Positions 26,885 through 37,297 of a DNA stretch of 64,000 nucleotides are shown here, in pieces. This DNA comes from an uncultured Mollicutes bacterium. Its GTDB lineage: Bacteria; Bacillota_I; Bacilli_A; RFN20; CAG-288. The translations under genes and the position numbers were made by a program. How positions within the stretch are numbered: position 1 is the first letter of the stretch; each line of letters opens with the position of its first letter. The DNA lies in the NCBI GenBank assembly GCA_900539865.1, contig UQDS01000001.1, forward strand, positions 3,436 to 67,435, written 5' to 3'. The notes under the pieces are model-generated. The model was not told the origin of the DNA. It made no database searches and saw nothing but the letters and a program-made list of their open reading frames with translations.

Positions 26885-28282
26885 ATGAACGAAAAAGAAA
26901 TCACATTTGAAGAAGTAACCAGTCATTTGGTTGTCAGCGGCTTTGTTTATCCTGGCTCTGATATTTACGGAGGTCTCTCCAATTCTTGGGATTATGGTCC
27001 GCTTGGAACTTTATTGAAAAATCATGTCAAAGACCTTTGGCTCCGTCATTTCGTACGCGGAATTGAATATAACGTTCAAATCGACCCAGCGATTATTATG
27101 AACCCGAAAGTTTGGGAAGCAACTGGTCATGTCTCTAATTTCCATGATCCCCTTGTCGACTGCAAATATTGCCATTCTCGTTATCGCGCTGACCAAATTA
27201 TCCATCAACAAAAGCCAGAATTGAACGTCGATGGAATGACACAAGAAGAATTAAACGAAGTCATCAAAAGCGGTGAAATCACTTGCCCTAATTGCGGAAA
27301 GTCGCAATTTACTGATATCCGCCAATTCCGAATGATGTTTAAGACCTTTTTAGGTGTTACCGAAGATAAGCAATCGGTAGTCTATTTGCGTCCGGAAACA
27401 GCGCAGGGTATTTTTGTTAATTTCAAAAATGTCATGAGAACAACGAGAAGAAAATTACCGATTGGTATTGTTGATATCGGCAAATCTTTCCGCAATGAAA
27501 TCACTCCCGGTAACTTCACTTTCCGCACGAGAGAATTCGAACAGATGGAGATTGAATTCTTCTTCAAACCTGGCGAAGATGATAAATGGTTTGAATTTTA
27601 TAAAGACAATTGCAAAACTTTTGTCGAAAAACTCGGCTTAAAAGATGAAAAAGTTCGCTTCAGAGATCATGATCCGAAAGAGCTTGCTTTCTACTCTAAA
27701 GCGACAACGGATATTGAATATTACTTCCCTAGCATCGGTTGGGGTGAATTGATGGGTATCGCTTGCCGCAGCGATTATGACCTTTCGAAACACAGCGAAT
27801 TCAGCGGTGAAGATCTCTCCTATTTGGATCCGGAAGATAACACTCGTTATATCCCGCATGTTGTTGAACCTTCCTTTGGTTTAGATCGATTGATGTTAGC
27901 TCTTTGCTGTGACGCTTATGACGTAGAAGAGCTTAACGATGGCAAAGACTCTCGTGTTGTCATGCACTTTGCGCCGGAACTTGCCCCATATACTGTTGCC
28001 GTGATGCCCTTAAGCAACAAGCTTGTAGAACAGGCTAAGAAAGTCTTTGACGATATTCGCGAAGAATACGATGCTATTTTTGATACGACAGGCTCTATCG
28101 GTAAGAGATATCGCCGTGAGGATGCTATTGGTACTCCTCTTTGTGTCACTTATGATTTTGAATCGGAAAATGACCACTGTGTCACAGTCAGAGAAAGAGA
28201 TTCTATGGCTCAAGAACGTGTCAAAATCGAAGAACTTGATAATTACATTCACAATTTCTTAAAGAAACATTACGTACATTGA
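26885..28282 (+). CDS. glyQS: Glycine--tRNA ligase (single-chain alpha2 type)
   Basis: 465 aa; N-terminus ...GFVYPGSDIYGGLSNSWDYGPLG typical of GlyQS; no T-box (77-nt gap). Confidence 0.85.
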   Translation: MNEKEITFEEVTSHLVVSGFVYPGSDIYGGLSNSWDYGPLGTLLKNHVKDLWLRHFVRGIEYNVQIDPAIIMNPKVWEATGHVSNFHDPLVDCKYCHSRYRADQIIHQQKPELNVDGMTQEELNEVIKSGEITCPNCGKSQFTDIRQFRMMFKTFLGVTEDKQSVVYLRPETAQGIFVNFKNVMRTTRRKLPIGIVDIGKSFRNEITPGNFTFRTREFEQMEIEFFFKPGEDDKWFEFYKDNCKTFVEKLGLKDEKVRFRDHDPKELAFYSKATTDIEYYFPSIGWGELMGIACRSDYDLSKHSEFSGEDLSYLDPEDNTRYIPHVVEPSFGLDRLMLALCCDAYDVEELNDGKDSRVVMHFAPELAPYTVAVMPLSNKLVEQAKKVFDDIREEYDAIFDTTGSIGKRYRREDAIGTPLCVTYDFESENDHCVTVRERDSMAQERVKIEELDNYIHNFLKKHYVH

Positions 28283-28289
28283 GGTTATA

Positions 28290-30359
28290 GTGGATATATT
28301 GAACAAACAGTCAAATTCCATCTTTAAAGAAGTGAGTGAGAAAAGCAGGATAGTCGATGTTGTCTCCTTTTATCTCGGCGGAAATAATCTTGTCAGAAAA
28401 GGTAAAATTTATCTTGCTATATGCCCTTTTCATCACGACACTCACCCTTCTATGCGTGTAGATCCTGAGCGAAACACGTATAAGTGTTTTGCGTGCGGAG
28501 CAGGCGGCGACTCGATCAAATTCGTCGAGCAATACGCCCATCTATCCCCTTTTGACGCCTTGAAAAAGGTTGCTGAAATCTGTGCGATTCCTCTTCCAGA
28601 CTCGGTGAGCCAGCGTGTGATTTTAGACCCGTTAAAAGAAAAGTATGCTAAAGAGTTAAACGCCTTGATTGATCTTAGAAAATACTATCAGCTCTCTTTG
28701 ACTTCTTTAGATGGAACACCTTGTCAGCAATATTTACAAGACCGCGCTATCCCCAAAGAAGTCATCGAACATTTTGAACTTGGTTACGCCAATGACAATC
28801 CGGAAGAATCTATCTCCAAATTGCGTGGCATGGGTCATGAAATCAACACGTTGATTCGCGCTGGTATCTTGGGAAAATCGAAAGATTTAACAGACAATTA
28901 TCAACACCGCTTAATGTTTCCAATCGAAGATAATTATGGACATTTGGTTGCTTTCTCCGGGCGTGTTCTTTCTAAAGAACAGACTGGCGGTAAATATGTG
29001 AACTATCAAGAAACAGCCCTCTTCCATAAAAATGAAGTTCTTTATCACTTTGCTAAAGCCAAAGAAGATGCCAAAAGAAAAGGCTATATTTATGTCGTAG
29101 AGGGATTTATGGATGTCATCGCCGTTGTGCGCGCTGGTATCTATGCGGTTTGTGCTCTGATGGGAACAGCCTTGACAAAAGAACATGCCCAAGCCTTTAA
29201 AAAGTTAGGCGTTGAGGTTAGACTGTGTCTCGATTCGGATGAACCTGGACAAGTAGGTGAAGAACGAGCTTGTCAAATTCTTCTTGAATATGGTGTTCCT
29301 TTCTCTATCGTTCGCTGCTTTAAAAACGGAAAAGATGCCGATGACGTTTTGACCAAAGGTGGGAAGGATGTTCTCTTACGACAACTGAATCGAACTTATG
29401 ATCCCTTCCTATTTTTCTTTAGACGAACGCTCAAAGATCGGAATATGCTCACCGACTCAAAAGAGATTCTCGACTTCTTAAAAAAAGCTGCCCCTTATTA
29501 TGAAGCCTTAGATGAAGTTTCAAAAGACAAGGATATCCAATGGGTGGAAAAGCTTTGTTCTTTAAATCATGAGACGATTCTCTCGGTATTAACGAATTCG
29601 ACAAAGTCGCTAAAAAATAAGACAGAACAAAAGAGAACAGATGCTCCCTTCCGCTATGAACGAGATTATATTTCTTCGCGCTATTCACGTCGAAATAAAC
29701 AGACGATTCTCGAACCAATCCCTTGCCAAATGGGGGATAAATATCTCCAAGGAAGCAATGTTCAACAACTTTATGAACTTGCCTCAATGCAAGCAAAAAT
29801 CTCTTCTTTTTCAAATCGACTCTTGCGAACAGAATGTGATATTATTTCAACGCTTCCTCATTCGTATGATGCTTATCGTCAATTTCAGGAAGCAAGAACT
29901 ATGATTTGTTATACACCCTTTTATTACCTTGCTAATTTGATTGGAAACGAATACATCAAACATCCTGGTACGAAAGAACCCTTTACCCCTTACGATTATG
30001 AATCTTTAATCACACAGGTAAAAGCTCTCTCTCCTCATCATATTAAGGAAGAGGAAGAAGATCCATTAGGATTAGGAGATGATCTCTTTGAAGAAGAAGA
30101 TATCGATAGCGAAAGCACTTTATCTGACGATGAAATCGAATTCCTTCTCAAGGTCATCGACATTATTCGTCACTTTTCACCAGATTGTTATGACAAAGAT
30201 AATTTGAAAAACGCACTCGTCCTTCATCCTCTTTATGTGCGTTATCAATATTTGCAAGATAAGAAAGAAAAAGCTTCCGATAAAAAGCTTTCTAGAGAAG
30301 ACAACGCCGAAATGGCGAAACTAAAATTCGATATCCGAAAAAACAACGGAACGTTTTAA
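28290..30359 (+). CDS. dnaG: DNA primase DnaG
   Basis: CHC2 zinc finger CPFHHDTHPSMRV...YKCFACGAGGD and a TOPRIM region; GTG start with a GAGG RBS. Confidence 0.85.
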   Translation: MDILNKQSNSIFKEVSEKSRIVDVVSFYLGGNNLVRKGKIYLAICPFHHDTHPSMRVDPERNTYKCFACGAGGDSIKFVEQYAHLSPFDALKKVAEICAIPLPDSVSQRVILDPLKEKYAKELNALIDLRKYYQLSLTSLDGTPCQQYLQDRAIPKEVIEHFELGYANDNPEESISKLRGMGHEINTLIRAGILGKSKDLTDNYQHRLMFPIEDNYGHLVAFSGRVLSKEQTGGKYVNYQETALFHKNEVLYHFAKAKEDAKRKGYIYVVEGFMDVIAVVRAGIYAVCALMGTALTKEHAQAFKKLGVEVRLCLDSDEPGQVGEERACQILLEYGVPFSIVRCFKNGKDADDVLTKGGKDVLLRQLNRTYDPFLFFFRRTLKDRNMLTDSKEILDFLKKAAPYYEALDEVSKDKDIQWVEKLCSLNHETILSVLTNSTKSLKNKTEQKRTDAPFRYERDYISSRYSRRNKQTILEPIPCQMGDKYLQGSNVQQLYELASMQAKISSFSNRLLRTECDIISTLPHSYDAYRQFQEARTMICYTPFYYLANLIGNEYIKHPGTKEPFTPYDYESLITQVKALSPHHIKEEEEDPLGLGDDLFEEEDIDSESTLSDDEIEFLLKVIDIIRHFSPDCYDKDNLKNALVLHPLYVRYQYLQDKKEKASDKKLSREDNAEMAKLKFDIRKNNGTF

Positions 30360-30547
30360 ATCGTGGCAGGAACAATGTATTCATTACAATTGTTTCTTGC
30401 CTTTACTAGAAGACATGTATACTTTTTCAAAACGCCTCAGAAAGTGGGTAATCAGCGCATTAAATATAATGATATAGTAAAAAATCATCTTCTGCCTGAA
30501 GCGCAAAAAGAAAAAATGTACCAATCTAGAAGAAATGGAGGAAATAT

Positions 30548-32188
30548 ATGATGAACAAGGAAACAACAATGGAAACGAAACTCAGTAAGACTTATCAGAC
30601 TGTGCTTGCCGCAGACAAAGAAACGCTGACAGCTGCTTTTGAAAAATTCACCAAGAAAGATCAAAAGCTTTTGGATATGTTTATCGGTATCACTCAAGAA
30701 AGAAAAGATGTTGCTGCGATTGCCGAGGCTTTTAAGCTGAGTGAAGAAGAGGCGTTAGAAGCTTTGACAAAGGCTTTAGACAAAGCCTTAAAAAAGCTTG
30801 ACCCTTCCACCAAAAAGACCACAAAGAAATCTTCGACCAAATCTTCCGCCAAGAAAGAAAACTCTTCCGACAGTAAGAAAAAAGCTACGGCAGATGAAGA
30901 GGATATGGAAGAAGAGGAAATCAGTGAAGAGATCTCTAAGTTTTTAACAAAAGAAGATGACTTTTTACCGGATGAACAAGAGGAAGAAGCTTTTATCAAA
31001 AAGACCAAAGGTAAAAAAGGTAAGAACATCGATGACCTTGTCAAATCTGGAAAGGTTTTGATGAGTTTGGATGACATCAAAAAGCATTTCTTAGACATTG
31101 GAAAGAAGAATAATGGTGTCTACAAGCAATCTGAGTTTGACAATTACATTGACAAGTTTGAACTCAGCGATGAAGACCTTTCGGAATTGCAAGATTTCCT
31201 CTTTGAAAACAATATTCATTCTGATGATGAAAATCTCGATGAAGACCTTTTAAGCGAAGAGGATGAGGATTTTAATAACGAGGACGAAGAAGGCTTTGAC
31301 AATGAGCCGGAATTCTCTCAAGACACTACGTATTACAGCTCTATGGATGTGAAGAATATCGATCCTGTCCGTCAATATCTTCACGAGATCGGCTCTTATC
31401 AAGTTTTACAGAGCAAAGAAGAAGAAGTCGAGCTTGCAAAGCGTGTGTTAGAAGGCGATCAAGATGCTAAAGATCAATTGATTGTCTGTAATTTGAAATT
31501 GGTCGTTTCCATTGCAAAACACTATGTCAACCGCGGCATGGACTTCTTGGATTTGATTCAAGAAGGTAATTTGGGTTTGATCAAAGCGGTCGACAAATTC
31601 GATTACACCAAGGGCTTTAAGTTCTCTACCTATGCAACTTGGTGGATTCGTCAAGCAATCACAAGAGCTTTGGCGGATCAGGCTAGAACGATTCGTATTC
31701 CTGTGCACATGGTTGAAACAATCAACAAGATTACAAGAGCGCAGAGAAAACTCGTTCAAAAACTCAATCGTGATCCTACAGCGGAAGAAATTTCGGAAGA
31801 GCTTGGCGGTGTTTGGTCTGCCTCTCGCATTCGTGAAATTCAGCGCATTGCTTTAGACCCGCTCTCCTTGGAAAAACCAGTTGGCGAAGAAGAAGATAGC
31901 CACATCGGTGATTTCATTGAAGATAAGGATAATATCTCCCCTTATGAATATGCTAATCGCTCCATGGAAACAGAACGTATCAACGAGGTTTTAGCTCAGT
32001 TGACCGAACGTGAGGCGCGTGTCATCCGTTTGCGTTACGGTTTAGAAGACGGTAGAACACACACCTTGGAAGAAGTCGGAAAAGAATTCAATGTCACTCG
32101 CGAAAGAATTCGTCAGATTGAAGCCAAAGCGTTAAAGAAATTACGTCATCCTGCTCGTGCGAAACTCTTGAAGGACTTCCGTGATTAA
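30548..32188 (+). CDS. sigA: RNA polymerase primary sigma factor SigA/RpoD, with a long acidic region 1.1 and non-conserved insert
   Basis: ...[13 protein letters not shown]... (region 2.4) and ...[34 protein letters not shown] (region 4.2); the dnaG-sigA pair. Confidence 0.9.
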   Translation: MMNKETTMETKLSKTYQTVLAADKETLTAAFEKFTKKDQKLLDMFIGITQERKDVAAIAEAFKLSEEEALEALTKALDKALKKLDPSTKKTTKKSSTKSSAKKENSSDSKKKATADEEDMEEEEISEEISKFLTKEDDFLPDEQEEEAFIKKTKGKKGKNIDDLVKSGKVLMSLDDIKKHFLDIGKKNNGVYKQSEFDNYIDKFELSDEDLSELQDFLFENNIHSDDENLDEDLLSEEDEDFNNEDEEGFDNEPEFSQDTTYYSSMDVKNIDPVRQYLHEIGSYQVLQSKEEEVELAKRVLEGDQDAKDQLIVCNLKLVVSIAKHYVNRGMDFLDLIQEGNLGLIKAVDKFDYTKGFKFSTYATWWIRQAITRALADQARTIRIPVHMVETINKITRAQRKLVQKLNRDPTAEEISEELGGVWSASRIREIQRIALDPLSLEKPVGEEEDSHIGDFIEDKDNISPYEYANRSMETERINEVLAQLTEREARVIRLRYGLEDGRTHTLEEVGKEFNVTRERIRQIEAKALKKLRHPARAKLLKDFRD

Positions 32189-32846
32189 CACCTTATCTAA
32201 GCGCCTTTCTCTTGCCCGCGAAATGATTCCACACGGTCTTGTTTTGATGGATATCGGCGCAGATATGGGCTTGCTCTCCCTTTCCTTAGCTGCGGATGGA
32301 TTTAAGATTTATGCGAGTGAAAATAAGAAAGGGCCTTTCAACGCATTAATTAACAACACTAAACAATATAAGGGAAACAATTTACAATGTATTTTTACAG
32401 ATGGAATTGATATTCTCCCACAGGATGTCAATGCGTTGATTCTATTGGGCATGGGAGGGAAAACTATTTTTGACATTTTATCCCGCCATGAAGAAAAGCT
32501 TTCTCAAATTGAATATATTCTGATGGAACCGCAGAGTGAAACGAAGCTTCCGATTTCCTATGTTTTACAACAAGGGTATGAGAACATCTCTGGATGTTAT
32601 GTCTTTGAAAAACGTTACTATCCGTTGATGCTTTTTAAAAAGACGCAAATAAAAAAACAATATAATGAGGCTCAGCTTTTGTTTGGACCTTATATGTTAG
32701 AAAACAAAGATTCCTTGTTATTTGAATTTTTACATAAGGAAGAAGAACGCATTGACGCTCTTTGTCCTGTAGGTCAAAAGAATAACGAATCTTATTTGAA
32801 CGTTGTAAAAGAGGCTTTAAATTATGAATTTAAAACAACTGCTTAG
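32181..32846 (+). CDS. trmK: tRNA (adenine22-N1)-methyltransferase TrmK (YqfN-like)
   Basis: [19 protein letters not shown]-MTase motif; follows sigA as yqfN does in B. subtilis. Confidence 0.65.
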   Translation: MINTLSKRLSLAREMIPHGLVLMDIGADMGLLSLSLAADGFKIYASENKKGPFNALINNTKQYKGNNLQCIFTDGIDILPQDVNALILLGMGGKTIFDILSRHEEKLSQIEYILMEPQSETKLPISYVLQQGYENISGCYVFEKRYYPLMLFKKTQIKKQYNEAQLLFGPYMLENKDSLLFEFLHKEEERIDALCPVGQKNNESYLNVVKEALNYEFKTTA

Positions 32847-33609
32847 AAAAATCTACCGCAAATTCCCTAAGGGTCTTTCAGAAGTTTGGGACTTTCCTGG
32901 TTATCAATGCGGCGTGAAAGATTGGAACGCTGAAATCAAGAAAGTCTTTCTGTGCCTAGACTTTACTGAAGCGTGCCTTATAGAATGTCAAAAGTTCCAA
33001 CCCGATTTGATTTTGACCCATCATCCTTTTCTCTTTGGAAAGAAAAGCGAAGTATGCGCTCATGATTTGAAAAAAGCTCAACTTATAGAAGAAATTGAAC
33101 AATTAAATTGTCCAATCTACTCTTTTCACACCAATTATGACAAGGCAGAAGATGGTATGAATGACGTCTTGATTTCTTTGTTAGGGTTTGAAAAAGTATC
33201 GGTTGCTGATGATGGTTTAATGCGTCTTTGTAAAACACCCGCCCCAATGAGCTTTGACATGCTACTTTCTCATCTTTGCGACACCTTTGATTTTGACCAT
33301 TTAGACTATATCAACAATGACAATCGCTTGATTTCTCATATCACCTTTATCGCAGGCGGTGGGGCGAGTGAGTTTATGCATCCTCTGATTAAAAATAGCG
33401 ATGTCTACCTTTCAGGAGATTGCGCTCATCACCATCGTTTGGACATGATGCGATATGGCATCAACTATATTGATCTACCTCATGAGGTAGAAGAAATCGG
33501 TTTTCTCACAGGTATGAAAAAAGCGCTTGAGGAAATCGATCCTTCCTTAGCTCTTTGTTGTTATTCTTTTGAGCGATATTTCTCTTTATACTTGCCTAAG
33601 AAAGCATAA
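32824..33609 (+). CDS. Nif3-family dinuclear metal centre protein (YqfO-like; GTP cyclohydrolase 1 type 2 family)
   Basis: ...LILTHHPFLF... Nif3 motif; the sigA-yqfN-yqfO synteny. Confidence 0.6.
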   Translation: MNLKQLLRKIYRKFPKGLSEVWDFPGYQCGVKDWNAEIKKVFLCLDFTEACLIECQKFQPDLILTHHPFLFGKKSEVCAHDLKKAQLIEEIEQLNCPIYSFHTNYDKAEDGMNDVLISLLGFEKVSVADDGLMRLCKTPAPMSFDMLLSHLCDTFDFDHLDYINNDNRLISHITFIAGGGASEFMHPLIKNSDVYLSGDCAHHHRLDMMRYGINYIDLPHEVEEIGFLTGMKKALEEIDPSLALCCYSFERYFSLYLPKKA

Positions 33610-34429
33610 GTTCTAATTGTTTCTTTATCATCCACACATTTTCTTTCGATATACTCGTGCTTGAGACAAGATAAATATCTTTTCCTTTCACGACATCGAG
33701 AGAAATGTCCTTAACATCATTTGCTATTATGCCCTTTAACAAAGGGCATTTTTCTTTGATTAAATTGTACAATTCATTACAATTGGATGAAGTTTTAGAG
33801 CCTAAAACGATAAAACAGCTTTTAAAAGGATCTACTTCAGTTAAAACTTGAATCGCCGTATTTGCCCTGTTTAAATAAAGAGGACAAAGGTTAGCGACAA
33901 AATGTAAATCGGTGTTTGTTTTAAAAAAGTTAACCATTTCTGCTGCTCTTTTTAATTCGAAGGTCGACTGAACAATCAATCCGGTTTGTAATTCTTTTTT
34001 GTCGCGCAAATCAGAGATTATTTTTTCATCGACAAAGGTCAAAAAAGGAAAATGAGAGAGAAAACCGATCGTCTCTTGATGCCCTGCTTTTCCTACATAA
34101 AACCACTTACATTCATTTTTGTGTTTTTCTAACAAGCGATAGCGCGCTTGTATCACCGGGCAGAGCGCATCATATGTTTTATGGTGTTGAAACCGAATTT
34201 CATCTTGTATATCATGGCCATGTGCTGGGAAAAGAAGACTGGCGTTTGCTGAAATATTTTCACCTAAAAACGACACTTTTTCCGATAAAAGTTTTTCGTT
34301 TTCTTTTTCGTTGTGCATCAAAGGCTTTAATAAGATAAGCTCTTTCGAAGAAGATTTTGCTTCTTCAAAGACACTGAGCGCGTGTTTTACGCCTGTGCAA
34401 AAGCCATATTCAGTTATTATTTCTATCAT
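33596..34429 (-). CDS. ispH: 4-hydroxy-3-methylbut-2-enyl diphosphate reductase IspH (LytB)
   Basis: EYGFCTGVKHAL, PAHGHD, DALCPVIQ, GSKTSSNCNEL: the three Cys and the conserved blocks of IspH. Confidence 0.75.
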   Translation of the reverse strand: MIEIITEYGFCTGVKHALSVFEEAKSSSKELILLKPLMHNEKENEKLLSEKVSFLGENISANASLLFPAHGHDIQDEIRFQHHKTYDALCPVIQARYRLLEKHKNECKWFYVGKAGHQETIGFLSHFPFLTFVDEKIISDLRDKKELQTGLIVQSTFELKRAAEMVNFFKTNTDLHFVANLCPLYLNRANTAIQVLTEVDPFKSCFIVLGSKTSSNCNELYNLIKEKCPLLKGIIANDVKDISLDVVKGKDIYLVSSTSISKENVWMIKKQLELMLS

Positions 34430-34481
34430 CGTTGTTTACTATAACATAATTGTAGCGATGTGAGTGAAATATTGTAAAGAG

Positions 34482-34490
34482 TGATATAAT
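34482..34490 (+). promoter_or_regulatory. Extended -10 element TGATATAAT upstream of apt
   Basis: TGnTATAAT located 23 nt upstream of the ATG, with a GGAGG RBS in between. Confidence 0.4.
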
Positions 34491-34512
34491 ATTTACGGAG
34501 GAATTCATACTC

Positions 34513-35040
34513 ATGGATTTAGAAAAATATATCGGTGTCACACCTAATTTTCCCAAGAAAGGTATTTCATTTAAAGATATTTCACCTTTGTTGAAAGATC
34601 CGGATGCATTTCAAGACTGCATCGATCAATTAGCTAAGCTTGCGGAAGAATTTAACGTAGATATCATTTGTGGGCCGGAGTCTCGCGCGTTTATTTTTGG
34701 CGCAGCTTTAGGTTACAAGATGCACAAAGGTTTTGTCATGGCTAGAAAAGCTGGCAAGCTTCCCGGTGTGACTTATAAAGTCTCCTATCAGCTTGAGTAT
34801 GGAACAGCTTCTATCGAAATTCCGGCAGGATCTTTTAAGAAAGGTGCTAGAGTCCTTTTAATTGATGATTTAATGGCTACTGGAGGCACGTTCAAAGCCT
34901 TAAAAGATGTTGTGGAAATGGCTGGAGCAGTCCCGGTTGCATGTATCACTGTCATCAATCTTCCTGAACTCAACGGTGAGAAAAACATCGGACTCCCCTG
35001 TCGCTCCCTGTTGAATCTTTCTGATAAAGTTGAAGAATAA
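34513..35040 (+). CDS. apt: Adenine phosphoribosyltransferase
   Basis: VLLIDDLMATGGT PRPP motif; the apt-relA pair. Confidence 0.9.
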   Translation: MDLEKYIGVTPNFPKKGISFKDISPLLKDPDAFQDCIDQLAKLAEEFNVDIICGPESRAFIFGAALGYKMHKGFVMARKAGKLPGVTYKVSYQLEYGTASIEIPAGSFKKGARVLLIDDLMATGGTFKALKDVVEMAGAVPVACITVINLPELNGEKNIGLPCRSLLNLSDKVEE

Positions 35041-35046
35041 TCGCCT

Positions 35047-37260
35047 ATGGAAATCAACAACCGCATTTACACCTTCGAAGAAGTAAAAGAGGTGTATTCC
35101 AAATATATCACCGATAGCAAAGACCTCGCTTCGATTGAGAAAGCTTACCTTTTTGCTGAGAAAAAACATGAAGGACAAATACGTAAAAGCGGTGATCCTT
35201 ATATTTCCCATTGTATTGGTGTCGCTATGATTTTAGCGGATTTGCAAGGTGGTCCAGCAACAATTATTGCAGGTCTCTTGCACGACACGATTGAAGATAC
35301 GGGAACAACAAAGGAAGAAATTGAAAAAGAATTCGGCAAAGAAGTTGCGGATTTAGTAGAAGCTTTAACAAAGGTCACGCGTCTTTCTGATTATAAGAAT
35401 GTTGAATTTACCGCAGAAAATCACCGCAAAATCTTTGTTGCAATGGCAAAAGATGTTCGAGCGATTATCGTAAAGCTTGCCGATCGTCTCCACAATATGA
35501 GAACTCTTCAATTTCAACCGAAAGAAAAACAAGTTCGCATTGCCAAAGAGACTTTGGAAGTCTATGTGCCTGTCGCTCATCGTTTAGGTCTCTATAAATT
35601 GCAAACGGAGATGGAAGATCTCTCTCTTTGGTATACAGAAAACGAAAAATATCTCTTCATCGAGAACAAGATGAATGAGTTGATTCAAAACGCACAAGAA
35701 ACTTTAGAGGAACTGAAAAAAGAGTTGACCAATATCTTAAAAGATAGCAAGATTCCTTTTGTCATTTTAGATCGTGTAAAAAGCGTTTATTCCATCTATA
35801 AAAAAATGTACAACAAAAATTACGCTTTTGAACAAATCTATGACATCATGGCTTTGCGCGTGATCACAAAGACAGAACAGAACTGTTATGAAATCCTTGG
35901 CTATGTCCATGCGAATTTCAAACCTGTCCCTGGTCGTTTTAAAGATTATATTGCGATGCCAAAGCCTAATATGTATCAATCTTTGCATACGACAATTATT
36001 ACGAATAATGGGCATGTGTTTGAAATTCAGATCCGTACAAAGCAGATGGATGAAACTGCAGAAGGCGGTATTGCTGCTCATTGGCGTTATAAAGAAGGTA
36101 CGCATTACGACGCAAAAGCAGAGCAACAAGAAATTGAAAATCAATTGCATTGGTTTAAAGATTTTGTCTCTATGGCTAAGGAAGGTCAAAACGATAATAT
36201 CTCTACCAAAGATTATGTCGATACCCTCAGCCACGATATCTTCGATGCAAATGTATATGTCTTCACGCCGAAAGGAAATGTCATCTGTCTTGCAAATGGT
36301 GCAACTCCGATTGACTTTGCCTTCCGTATTCACACCGATGTCGGCGAGCACTTACAGGGTGCGAAAGTAAACGGAACACTAGTTCCACTTTCTACAAAAT
36401 TAAAAACAGGCGATGCGGTTGAAGTCATCACAAACAAAAATTCACAGCCGAATTCGGAATGGATGACAATCGCTCATACCAATTTTGCTAAAAACAAGAT
36501 CCGTAAATTCTTGATTCGTCAAAACGCAGACTATGTCCGCGAAGAATCTGTTAAGCGCGGAAGACAAGCCTTGGTCGACGCTTTACGCGAGCGCAAGATC
36601 AACATTGACGTCAATCGCTTGATCACTAAGAAGGTCTTAGACGCTTTTAACGCCGAGACTGTTGACGATCTTCTCATCATGGTCAATAACCGCAATGTAC
36701 CCCCTTACCAAGTCATCGATGAAAGTGAAGAAGTCAATTACTCAGGAAAGAAGACCCCGGAAGAAATCGCTGCAGAAATCAACAGCCGTAAGATTAAAAA
36801 GAATTCCAGCGATGTTGTCATTCTCTCTAACGGTGACACCATCATGACTAGCCTTGCCAATTGTTGCACGCCGATTCCTGGCGACGACATCATCGGTTTT
36901 GTCTCTACGGGTCAAGGCGTTAAAATCCACCGCAAGGATTGTCCTAACGTCAATCGTCCGGACAATAAAGAACGCCTCATTGACGTCATGTGGAATCCAG
37001 AATGCAAGACCTTTAGCGAATGCCTTGTCGACATTGCAATCGAATGTCATGACCGCAATAATTTACTCATTGATGTCTTAAACTCTCTCTCTTCTTGCGA
37101 CGCGAAGGTTATGAAAGTCAATGCAAAGTTCCACCCGTCGAACAACACGACAACAATCTCCGCCACCTTATTGGTAAGAAATAAAGATGAATTAGGACAT
37201 TTTATGCACTGCTTGCTCGGTGTTAAATCCGTTTATCAAGTTCGAAGAGTATTTCATTAA
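35047..37260 (+). CDS. relA: Bifunctional (p)ppGpp synthetase/hydrolase RelA/SpoT homologue
   Basis: HD domain (HCIGVAMILADL...LLHDTIEDT), synthetase domain, TGS and ACT-like C-terminus; 737 aa. Confidence 0.9.
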   Translation: MEINNRIYTFEEVKEVYSKYITDSKDLASIEKAYLFAEKKHEGQIRKSGDPYISHCIGVAMILADLQGGPATIIAGLLHDTIEDTGTTKEEIEKEFGKEVADLVEALTKVTRLSDYKNVEFTAENHRKIFVAMAKDVRAIIVKLADRLHNMRTLQFQPKEKQVRIAKETLEVYVPVAHRLGLYKLQTEMEDLSLWYTENEKYLFIENKMNELIQNAQETLEELKKELTNILKDSKIPFVILDRVKSVYSIYKKMYNKNYAFEQIYDIMALRVITKTEQNCYEILGYVHANFKPVPGRFKDYIAMPKPNMYQSLHTTIITNNGHVFEIQIRTKQMDETAEGGIAAHWRYKEGTHYDAKAEQQEIENQLHWFKDFVSMAKEGQNDNISTKDYVDTLSHDIFDANVYVFTPKGNVICLANGATPIDFAFRIHTDVGEHLQGAKVNGTLVPLSTKLKTGDAVEVITNKNSQPNSEWMTIAHTNFAKNKIRKFLIRQNADYVREESVKRGRQALVDALRERKINIDVNRLITKKVLDAFNAETVDDLLIMVNNRNVPPYQVIDESEEVNYSGKKTPEEIAAEINSRKIKKNSSDVVILSNGDTIMTSLANCCTPIPGDDIIGFVSTGQGVKIHRKDCPNVNRPDNKERLIDVMWNPECKTFSECLVDIAIECHDRNNLLIDVLNSLSSCDAKVMKVNAKFHPSNNTTTISATLLVRNKDELGHFMHCLLGVKSVYQVRRVFH

Positions 37261-37261
37261 T

Positions 37262-37296
37262 CAAAAAAGTCAGCTCCGTTGGAACTGACTTTTTTC
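37262..37296. terminator. Bidirectional rho-independent terminator between relA (+) and the DEAD-box helicase (-)
   Basis: AAAAAAGTCAGCTCCGTTGGAACTGACTTTTTT: hairpin flanked by A-run and T-run. Confidence 0.7.
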
Positions 37297-37297
37297 T

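Noticed and set aside
35767-36351. 194-aa minus-strand ORF and a 160-aa plus-strand ORF inside relA
   Set aside because: Embedded in the RelA synthetase domain, which has strong conserved motifs in its own frame; no RBS and no homology.
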